Assembly: GCF_004010195.1 (NCBI RefSeq)
Contig: NC_057719.1
Coordinates: 43,649,685 to 43,713,684 of the forward strand
Origin: Chiloscyllium plagiosum
Lineage: Eukaryota
Reading direction: 5' to 3'
Length of the DNA: 64,000 nucleotides
The translations under genes were made by a program, and so were the position numbers. Shown piece after piece: positions 12,901 through 24,900 of the stretch (position 1 is the stretch's first letter; every line of letters begins with the position of its first letter). The notes below the pieces were generated by a model, which saw only the letters and a list, made by a program, of their open reading frames with translations, searched no databases and was not told where the DNA came from.

Positions 12901-15900
12901 AGTTCCTAGCTTGAAATCCAGCTAAACCAATGAGTGCAAGGGTCCTTTTCTTACAAAATGAGTTTGCACAATTACAACTCAAACTGTAGTGTCCTTGGAC
13001 CACAGCAAAAGTAACACTTTTTTTTAGTATTAAGGGGTAAACCGAGTCAAAGAGGTTATATGAATGCACAGGAAAAGAAAAATGAACATTAATAAAAGTT
13101 AGGGCCTATCTTTGATGAAAACACTTTACTTTGCAGAATGTTTGTTAGATATTGCAATACCCAATGAAGTACTTGACTATTGTTACATACAGGAGAAAGT
13201 GAGGGCTGCAGATGCTGGAGATCAGAGCTGAAAATGTGTTGCTGCTTTTCCTGCTGCGCTTTTCCAGCAACACATTTTCAGCTATTGTTACATACATACA
13301 AATAAAGAGGGGTTTTACATCAACATACATTATCACATAGAATATCGGCAATATTATTATTCATCAATTTATATAACTAGCTTAATAACTCCAATAAAGT
13401 ATTAATTTATCCTCAAGTTGTCACACTTCAGAGTATTAAGAGAATTACACATTAAGAAATTGACTTACATGGACCTTTGGAGTCGGAGGAAGGCCATTGA
13501 TTGTTGGCTTCTAAAAAAATGTCAATTTTGAACATCATTAAGAAGTTAAATTCAGTCATTTCAGTAAAGTATATAATTTAGTAGCATCATGACAAACATT
13601 GCACACAATAATCACTTGGCTCCAACACCTGTTATCCATAAAAGCTGCCATTTAATGTATGAAAAGTTAAATAGAGATTCAAAGTCATCTAACCCCCAGT
13701 TTGTCAGGCGAGGGAAAATACAACAACAAAAGGTAATATGTACACTCTGGTGCCCATTTCAATCTGATCCAGAGTAAAATTAATTTAATACAACTTTATA
13801 TGTAAGATATAGAAATCTTATCTACATGATACTATGTTTCAACTAGCTTGAAATTCATAACGACTTTTTTTAGAAAAAGAAAACATCCATAAACAAAAAA
13901 TCATCTGTGGAACCTAAGATACATTTCTAATGTGAATTTTCAGTAAGAAAGGCTCTTGCAAAAATGCTGGGAAGACCCAAACCTGAAGCCTTGGTACTGA
14001 AACTAACCTCTATGCTATTTAGGGTAATAGGCAATTTTGCGGTAGAACAGAGGAGTACCTAAAATTGTACAGCCTTGTCTCCTGGAGGCAGTTTCCTCAC
14101 TTATTAGATTTGGCAAGTTAGCTGCCTCAAACCTGAGTGTACACATAAAACCTTGAATATGCAAGTCTGCATCTCACTGATACAGTCCTAGGATATCTCT
14201 TGGGGAGGTCAGGTGCCCTTAAGGAAAGTTAAATGTCAGCAAGACTGCACATAAAAGTACATAAACTCATTGGAATGTCACGCAAGTCATCATGAAATTT
14301 AGCTCTGTTGAGCTTTAAGGTTAAAATAAAACAGAGTTTGTAAAAATACATTGATATAAGCCTGCAAGCTATTAGAGAACTCGTATTGCATGATTGATCA
14401 AAGTGTGGTATTTGTTAAATGAATAGCTTGATTAACAATTTCAGGTGGTTACAGAATAGAAATGTTGCTTTCACAAGGGAAGGAATGATGTACTGAAGTG
14501 AATGTATGCAATTTAAGAGATTAGTTCAAGGGATTTTGATGTGCTGGATACTTTTTTTTTGTAAGTCATTAAGAGTTTCCTTAAAAACAAAAATAAGCAC
14601 AACTTTATTTTATGCCAGAATAGCTCCCGAGATCGTCCATTGGTAAACAGCAGGTAAGTTGGTGTGGAATGGGTAAGGGGAAAGGGGTAGTATAGGTTGG
14701 CATGGATGGAATATAAAAGTGAGAGAGGGGACTGCAGGGCTGTTTTCAGCTTTAAATCATTTGAAACAAAAATAACCAAACAGTGCCAGTGCAAAGGCAG
14801 CTCTTCTGCACAACCCACCCCAGTAACTTACACGCTCCACACCCATTCCAGGGCCACTCAGTTTGACTGCATGTCACCTTTTCCATGATGAGGAGGTGTC
14901 AGTGTTGGACTGGTTGGACAAAGTTAAAAATCATAACACCGGATTATAGTCCAACAGGTTTATTTGGATAGCAACGCTCTGAAAGCTAGTACTTCCAAAT
15001 AAACCTGCTGGACTATAACCTGGTGTTGAGAGATTTCTAACTTTTCCAAGGTTAGATTTGCAGAATGAGGAACATCCCAGCTCTGAGACCCTATCTGAGG
15101 AGCAAAATTCCAGGTCCAAATCTTAGTAACAATTCAAGAAATACAATCAAATGATTTGAAAATTACAAATGACATACGGGAAATTCTCTCTTTTCTTTTC
15201 TTCGAGGTAGTGCTGGAGGATGCTCAGAAGTTTCACTAGGTAAGCTTGAAAGGCCCCCAACAACACCTGAAAATATGCAAAACAACCATTCTAAAGACAA
15301 ATGAAAAGTAAATTTATGCATAACCAGCTCCACACATGAAAGCAAAATGCTGCCACTACATAACACTCCTTCATCACCTACATAAGCAATTCTTGTATAG
15401 TCATTAATATCTCTACACAATCATGACAATAGAAAATTAACAACAGCTTAGAAATGTTAAACCATATGCATGTATTAGCAAAAACGATCTCTTTGTTAAG
15501 GCGTTTTAATCAAAATTCATTTTTCTGGTGAGACAGGCAAAGTGGTGTGTCTAAAAATTAGAAAATTTATATTTTAAAGTGATACCACTTCTAAATATAT
15601 TCAAAAGAAATTCAGTGATGCAGAGAATGTAAGTGTTTAAAATAAGAAACTGCTTTAGTCTATTTTAAAGTGGGTTATTTGTGACAGATGACAATTCCAG
15701 TAAATTAAAAACCATTGCTACACAGAAAATTGCAAACTTCTGAAAATATTATCTGTGCTAACTTGAAGGTGCCCAAAAGGCAACCAATGGCAAGTCCTGA
15801 AAATTCAGACGTTAAAGCATGAAAAACTTAGTCTCCTCAGCATCTTTTCCAATTCTTATTCAGTGATTTTCTAGTGTTAATGCTATGGGCTTGAAGGTTG

Positions 15901-18900
15901 GGGGGAGAAAAAGTTTTTTGTTTAAGCATTGTTGGATAATGTGTGAACAGATCGTTAGCTGGTATCTGCAATGTAACCAACTGCCTGTAATTAAAGAATC
16001 AAAAATTAATTTAAATTTCATTTGTATCCCGCAAAACTCCGGGACGAGTTCTGAATTTGACAGGACTTAACTTCATTTCTTATGAGACAAAATATTTTTT
16101 CCTGGGAAAAAAAGCCATGAACTGTCCCCCCATCTGACAACTGGCCAGACTCACCTTCACTTTGAACAACTTTTAACACCTCTCACTTTCTTCAAATGAA
16201 AGGTGTGGCTATGGATACCTGCATTGACCCCAGTTATGCGTGTCTCTTTGTGGGGTATGTGGGACATTCCTTGTTCCAGTCCTACATGGGCCCCCACCCA
16301 GAACTTTTTCTCTGGTACACGGATGACATCCAGGACTGGAAAAGCTTATCCATTTTGCTTCCAATTTCTACTCTTCTCTCACCTCCACTTGGTCAATCTG
16401 AGTCCTCCTTTCTGAGGACAGGCTGGCCACCAACATCCACTACAAACCAACCAGTTTCCACAGTTATCTTGATGATACATCTTCACATCTTGCTTACTGT
16501 AAAGACTCTGTTCCATTCTCCTAGTTTCTCAGTCGCTGTTGCATTTCTTCTGATGATGCCAGCTTCTACAAAAGGGGAGTCCAAAGTGTCCAGCTTCTTC
16601 CTCAACCAAGGATTCCCCATCACTGTGGTTGATAGGCCCCTCAGCTGTGTCCTGAACCATCTCCCCACACTTCAGCTCTCACTGCCCTCTCCTCTCCCAC
16701 AACAATAGAGGCTCTCCGGTCCTCATTTACCATCCCACAAGCATCCACATCCAAAAGGATCATTGGCCATCATTTCCACCACCTCCAGCAGGATGCCACC
16801 ACCAAACACACATTCCTCTCCTCTCTAGTCAGCCTTCCGAAGGGACCATTCTCTCTGGGACACCTTGGTCCACTCCCAACACCTTCCACATTCCCAGAGC
16901 ACCTTCCCACGCATTCACAGAAGGTGCAACACCTGCCCGTTTACACATTCCTCCCTCCTCACCATCCAATGATCTGGACACACTGTCCAGGTGAAGCACT
17001 GATTTATCTGCACATCATTCAGTTTAGTCTACCATATTTGCTACTCTACACTGGGAAGACGAAACACAGACTGTGAGACCACTGAGCTTCCCAGTGCCTG
17101 CAATTTCAAAAACCACCATGATCCCTGGTCAATATTTCTGTCTCAGGCTTGCCTTGGTGCTCCAGTGAAGCTCACCACAACCTGCAAGAACAGCATCTCA
17201 TTTTCCATCTCATTGGGGATACTGCAGCCTTCAGGACTCAATATAGAGTCCAATAAACGTTAGGGCCTGAGCACTTCTCCTATGTCCATTTACCTTCTCA
17301 TTTTCTGCCCAAATGTTTGTCTCTAGCTTTCTGGGCCCCATCTCTACCCATTGTTACTCCTACCCCCACCCCATTTTCAGCATATATACCAATCTTTTCC
17401 TAGCTATCAGTTCTCTATCTGTTCTGAAAAAGGGTCACTAGACCAAAACTGTTAACTCTGCTTTCTCTTCACTGATGCTGCCAGACCTGTTGAGTTTTTT
17501 CCAGCAGTGTCTAATGTGTTTCTATTTCCAGCATCCACAGTTCTTCAGTTTTTTAAAAATTAATTTTTGATTAGTCAATGTTAAGTATGACTTCTCAATA
17601 TGATGCATCGTTTTCTGTTAAGTGTAACTGGTCAACCTTAGAGGTATTGGCTGAGAGTAATCTATAAAAATGCTTTTCAAAAGGGATGATTCTTTTGCTC
17701 ACTCCTATACAAATGCCAACATTTATATTTTCATTGTAAAATACTTAACACTATATTCGAGACAAACATTTTCATGGGGGGGCGGGAGAGAGAAGAAGGG
17801 TGGTGGTGCCTCATTTAGATTATGCGAGGTGGATGGGTTGACCAAGGACATGACCCACCATTACAGTCTTGCATTCCAAAGAAGTTGTATTATTGGACAA
17901 TCTCACCACAGCATGGGAAATTTGATGTCACAATGATTGAAAAGTAAATTTTGGAACTTAAATCTGTCAGACCTGTTGTTATGAGATATTATAATTCAAA
18001 ACTAATTTTGATATTCCTACTGTGTGCACTTCAATAAATTAGATAGTTTTCATAGCTATTCTAATGCAGAAGTGTTAGTTTATTCTTAACTTCAAGGCAT
18101 CTAAGTTGTACTAGTTATTCCTACAAAGAGCAATGTGCATGTGCAAATATTTCCTCTTTGACATATCAAGTAGAAATCAATCATGCTGGGGTCTGTTGGA
18201 TAAGAGAGTTATTAGGTCCTAGCTATTGCAAAATCCTTAACAGACTTTCAATTTTATTAGAGATTGACATTTGAATGGGAGAGACATCAATAGTCTAATT
18301 ACAATGCACTGTTCCCTGTATTTACTTTATTTAACGTATTCACAGGCCTACATATTTGTGGTTTACCCTCACATTGCTTCTTCAGGGATATGTTGCATAT
18401 CAATATAGGAAAACTAGCATCGCAAGATTTGCCACATAGCAATAGATTCTTAAGTCCACACAGGGGACACATCCTAAGAATCTGCTTATCCAAATGATAT
18501 ATAGATTCAATGCCACCAAAATACCATCAGCAAGAACAGCATAATCAGGTAAGTTAAGTTCCATGTCTGGAACAGGGAACAACAAGAAATATTTAACCTA
18601 GTCTGTACAGCTTTGGTGATGAAGGATAGAGAGATACATTATGTTAACAGTACAGTGAGCCACTACTCAATATTTAATTTCATTACCTAAGTCATTAGCT
18701 CGGATATCAAGTAATCCAGGGCTACTAATGCTACTGGGAAGGGATGTTTCAAGAATCTCCGATTGATACAGTGATGTTGGAGTACTCTGTCTTCTTGGCA
18801 CAGATGATGGCCCATTTTCTGTGCAAGGTTGCCTCTTGACTGTTTGTGATCTCTCTTCATCTGGAAGATCAGAAGCACTCTGTACCCGTGGCTGAAACAG

Positions 18901-21900
18901 GAGAAACTGGTTTCAATAATATGAATTAGGAACCTTTAAGTTCATTTTCTTACTCCAATGTATTTCCAACAGGAATAAGGCAATTTTGACAACAGTTGAT
19001 CAAGAATGTTAAGAAAAGTAATTTAATTTGAATTAACAGGCAGAGCTTTCAATTTCTGCATGGGCATAAAACTGGCATATCAAATGGGATACAAATTGAA
19101 AATCAGTGAAAAAGGAAACTTGATGCAGTATATAATAGGCAGCCAATTCCATTCTGTCTGTTTTATGCTCGAAAAGTTGACAGTTCTGCCCAAATCTTTT
19201 CAACAAGCTTGAAGATTATTGAAAAATAAACCCTTGGAACTACAACTACAGGCAATTAAACCTAATCAAGTCTCTATAATGTTTGTACGTGTGAATGGCG
19301 AAGGTTAAACTTTAAGATATCTTTAAAACCAATTGTCTTTAATTGCTTAATTAGGTAGAGGGAGGTATAAATTGCTAACAGTTATTGCACTGTAACAAAG
19401 ACAGTGAAATCTTAAAGGAATCATTCAAATTTAAAACACATTAAATGTCTTTCTAACAAAGAAAAAGCTGGTATGCCTTTACTCTGCATTCCTGATCTCT
19501 TTAATTTCACCACTGTGCTTTCAATAGTCCTCTCAACTTAACATTCCTTTTTGATTTAACTTACTTATCCTGTATGGTCCTAAATGAACAGGGACATTTT
19601 TAATGTAAGAGTGCCTCACCCTTTTCCTTTGTAGGAAAATGTCTGCTCTATATCCCACCTTCTCCTGAACTAGCTCCCCCAACTCTGACATTTAATTTCT
19701 AGCATCTGTTTTCATCCACGTCTAAAAATCACACCTCAACTTAAAACTCATCTTCCATTAGACTCTCAAGAGTTGCTGTGACAGAGAGCTCCTTTCATTT
19801 TAGGATGATGAATACTCTGGGTTGAGGTGCAGAGGGTGACAAGAGAGAAAAGAAAAGAAATGCACATCTGCCAAAAGTAGTTTCCTGTTTTGTGAAGCCA
19901 AGAAAAACTTGCATTTGCACTTCTCACAGTTCATTGTAATATTTCAAAGACTGCATAATTATCTAACTCAAATAAGAATCCTGGTTTCAATCCACTACAT
20001 ATGGCTCGTGAGCTAACAATGAAGTTTTAGGGGTTCATGCAGAAACCATACAATCAAATTTCTACAATGATTCAGAAACTTTTTCATTCTGATGATTTGT
20101 GCATAACTAGTAATTCATCATAAGTTTTGCTGCAGGTGATATACTTCAGTAACAGTGAAGGCCCTTAAGCTAAATGTATCATTTAACCTATTTAATTGCA
20201 AGCCTAACAGCCCGATATTTTATTTTAACTCCAACCATGTAAAGTTGGTATAGTGTAGTATTTTGACCAATTTAAGTTAAAAAGACACAATTTAACAATG
20301 AAATTTGATTTTTAAAATTCCCCTAGTAGGGATTACATACATCAGTTCTGTTTTTTTGGGGAGGGAGAAAAAGAGAGACAATTGCATAAGTACTCACCTT
20401 TGGTGGAAGGGGAGGTGGAACTACTCTTTTAAGTGTTGACCTTATAGAAAAATACAAATAGTTAAACAAAGTTCAAAAGGGATGCAATGTAGATATAACA
20501 TGAAGATAGAAATATGTTAAGATTTCACACATTAGAAATACAAAACCAGCAAAAGCTCAGTTCCCCAATCTTCAGGCAAATTCATTTCAGAGATAACATC
20601 TAATAGAAATACGAACATTTATACTTCTCTTTCTCCTAAAGCTGTAAGTCAAAGACAAAATTAGTCCCACTTTTATTTATTTGTTTGAGGATGACAGGCA
20701 AGGCTTTTATCCATCCTTAAACAACTTTCAGAGGAAGTGGCAAAATAGCTCCTTGACTCCACGAGACTATATATTATGGCCACGTGGCTTTTAACATCTG
20801 AGTTTCAAGCTTTTTTTCCCCTCAGTGACAGTGAAAGCACAGCAAGATATTTTCAAGCAATGACGTATGATTTACAGGGAACATGCAGGTGGTGGCGTTC
20901 CCATGTGCCTGCCGTCAGTGTTCTTTTGGATGGGAGAGTAACAGGTTTAGAAGGTTTTGAAGGTTTCACAGAAAGTGAGAACTGCAGATGCTGGAGATCA
21001 GAGTCAAGATTAGAGTGGTGCTGGAAAAGCAGGTCAGCCAGCATCGGAGGAGCAGGAAAATCGACGTTTTGGGCAAAATCCTTTCATCAGGAAACTCCTG
21101 ATCCTGCTCCTCCGATGCTGCCTGGCCTGCTGTGCTTTTCCAGCACCACTCTAATGGTGACTCTGGTTCTCTTCATGGTTTAGTCTGTATACTTACACAA
21201 AAGCATCTGAAATTATTTTCTACAATTCTTCATTGCCCATTCTACAGAAGGTAAGCTGACATCAATAATAGCTTAACTAAATTGAGCTTCAGTAAATTGC
21301 TGAAACAAGCTGATTTAAGATTTTCTACGATGCTCATAGGCTGGTTATGAAAAAAGATTTAGTCTTATTTAATATCTGTAAAATTAATGCAAATCCTACC
21401 ATGAAGCCTTCAAATTTGCCATCCCACAAATAGATCATTCGAATTGGTTCATTGCATTTGCAACTGAAAACATTTTATGATTCTATAGAAATATTAACAT
21501 TGTAATTCATTATAATTTATTCAAATTTAACAATCTACAAGGGCACTTACGGTTCGTTTTCAAAGTCTTCATCCAGGTGTGCTATGTGTCCCCTAAAAAG
21601 TGATTTATAGCATTCCACATTATAGTGACGGAGGTTAACAGAAAACTTTATATTGATGGAAGCATGCTTTATATTGATGGAAGCATGCATACCATCACAA
21701 TATTAACATATATTAAATAAAAACAATTTAAATATTTTGAAAAATGGACTCAAATATGGTGTATAATGAAAACTAAGACAGATGTATAATATTTCAATTT
21801 AAATTGCTTGGGAAGATTTTAACGGGTGAACACAGGGAATATGGTTCTCAGATGAAGTCACACAATCCTTCTTACACCTCAGAAGTACAAGTTGCAATTC

Positions 21901-24900
21901 AAGATAAGATTTGTTAGGTAATGAGTGACAATCTATAATTATACCCTAATCCATATCTGTACAGAACCTGCTCATCTGGAAATTAGAAAAGTCCACACAT
22001 TATAATAATTATTTCTTTTCCCACTTCTATGTATTTTTTTTGAGAAATGTTGGTAAAAGGCTATTTCTAAAACTTGATAATATTTTCTCACCATCGTCCA
22101 ATCTTATACTAACGTATTTATCATTGCCCTTTCCCAGAAGTACGTAACTGACTGAGGATCTACCCAACTGAGATCTCAAAAACATTTGAGATCACATGGA
22201 TGTAGGTTTGCTCGCTGAACTAGAAGGTTCGTTTTCAGATGTTTCATCACCATACTGGGTAACATCTTCAGTGAGCCTCCAGTTGAAGCACTAGTGGTGT
22301 AGCCTGCTTTCTATTTATGTGTTTGGATTTTCTTTGGGAAACCCAAACACGTAAATAGAAAACAGGCTATACCACCAGTGCTTCATCCGGAGGCTCACTG
22401 ATTATGTTACCTAACATGGTGACGAAACATCTGAAAAGAATCCTTCCTGTTCCACAAGCAAACCTACATCCAGACACTCGACCTGAGCTACAAATCTTCA
22501 CAAAACTCGCTAATTTGAGATCATAATTTTGTATCTACCACTTGGTATGATTTACATTGTCTTTTTCATTATTTTTAGTGGCACTTAGCTTTTTATTAAT
22601 AAATTCCTTGTTCAATATGGGGAGAGAAGGAAACTGTGATATGACCACTATGCACTAGATTTGTCAGCACCTTATAATGTATGTAATTATATCTCACATA
22701 CATACTTGAAAAAAATAATTTGATACAAATCACATCTACCATGAGGATGGTTCTAGATAAGAGTTTTGGGTAGCCCACTTGGAAGGAGAATAGAAACAAT
22801 TGAAATCTCAACATTGTCAAATTGGGATAAACTTTTATTTAGGACAGTAAAACATACATTTGACCCATCTCAGAACCACCATTGCATCTACCACAAAACA
22901 CATGTAGTACAGCAGATGGAGACATGGTAGCTACTGATTAAGCTGTTGAGTTACCGTTGTTCCAATCTTCCTCAACACATTTAAGAAGGCTCCTTTGGAA
23001 TCATAACAAAAAGAGGGAAAGAGTTTGTAGAGTAGGATGCACAAGATGTGCTTCATGCCTGAGAAGTGTAAGAAACAGATTGCCATAAGTGGAACTTACA
23101 GCATACTACAGCTGCTGGTAAATTAAAAATAAGTGGCAGTAAAAAGGTAACCTTACCAATTAGCATCTTCCACCTTTAAAGCATATAAAACTTAAGGTTA
23201 CAGCATCATACACATTAGAAACATTTTGCACACACAATCCAATATTTTGAAATAACCAATTACAGAAATTTGTTACGATAGCAACATGTCTCAATTATAC
23301 AGCCAGAAAATAACAGGCATTAGTGAAAGGGTGTGTTGACTCGTGGGCCTGAAAATTTCTGTAAGGATTTCTTAGAGTAATTAAGTTCTGTGGTTACAGT
23401 TCAAGTTCATAGAAATTAATCAAAACCAACTAGGAGTGCACAAAACAAGCTAGACAGAATGCACAAGGGAATGAAAGTAGCAGATAAAGTATGACGAAGA
23501 ATCAGAATAAAGATTCTGCAAATCAAAGAAAAAGCAGGTGTTCTATAAATTGTGCTAAACATCTAAGAATGAAGTTAAGACACTTATGATGGTAAACTCA
23601 GAGCTCAAGTTATCTTCTCATAGGTAAGCAATGCCTGCTAGACAATGCAGTCAAAATAATGACGTAGAAGTCCTGCTTAAACTGTATAGTGGTCTGATCA
23701 TACCACATATTGAATATCACAGCTAGTTCTGTTATCTAACAAAACAGTGACAACCTTGAACCACTCCCCTGCATCATACCCTCCTGTTACTATAGTACCC
23801 CAATAATTCATTTCTGCACTGACACAGGTGTCACCTTTTGAATGAGGACGACATGTCAGGAGCAGCACCAGGCATAAATGAGTTGTCAACCTGATGAAAT
23901 TAAAAAGTGACAACATACATATCAAGCAGCATTAACAGACATAATTAAGCAATCACACATTCAATGGATCAGATGTAAGCTACACAGTCCAGCCCTATCC
24001 AGTTGTGAACAAAGGTGGATGATTATATAATTAGAAAGAAGTACCACAAATATAGTCTCATCTTGAACAATGGGGAAAGCCCAGGACATCAAAAGACCCC
24101 AAAAGACAAGGCTGAAGCACTTGCATCCACTTCAGCCAGAAGTGCAAACCTCAATACGGAGGTTCGCAGTATTGTAAATACCAACCTCCAACCAATTCAA
24201 TTAAGTCCACATAATATAACAATCAATGAAAAGCACTGAGCACTGCAAAGAACTGAAGACTTGCGCTCCAGAATTAGCCACACCCCTTGGCGAAGCTGTT
24301 CCAGTACAGTAACTACACTGGCATCCATCTGGAAAGTTGATCAGATATGTCCCCTCACAAAACACAGGACAAATTCCACCCAGGCAATTATCTCCCAGGT
24401 TTAATTCTCAATCATCAGTAAAATTATAGAAGCTGTGATCAACAGCGCTATCAACATGCTCAACAATAATCAGCTGTAACTTCAGAACTCAGCAGGAAAA
24501 GTGACAGTGACTAAAGGAGCCCAAGCAAACCAAGTTGGGAGATAATTCTACCTGTTAGCCTTATGTCGCACAAATCAAGATAGTGGTGATTGTCAATCAC
24601 CTCAGCCACAGGATATCACTGCAAAAGTTCCTTAGGGGAATGCCCTAAACCTAACTATCTTTATCTGGTTCATCAACAATCTTCGCTCCATCATTAGGTC
24701 AGAAGTGAGCATTTTCACCAAAGACTAGCCAATCTTCAGCATCATTTACGCCTCCTCAGATACTGAAACGGTCAGTGTCCAAATGTAACAAGACCGACAC
24801 AACATTCAGGCTTGAGCAGATATGTGACAAGTAACACTTAAGCTACAAGTGCCAGACAATGACAACCACCAATGAGAAAGAATTGCCCCTTGACATTTAA

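Noticed and set aside
17420..17460. Hammerhead-like motif at the Penelope 3' end (also 48850, 21060, 37540)
   Set aside because: Core CUGANGA/GAAA residues are mutated; not called as active ribozymes
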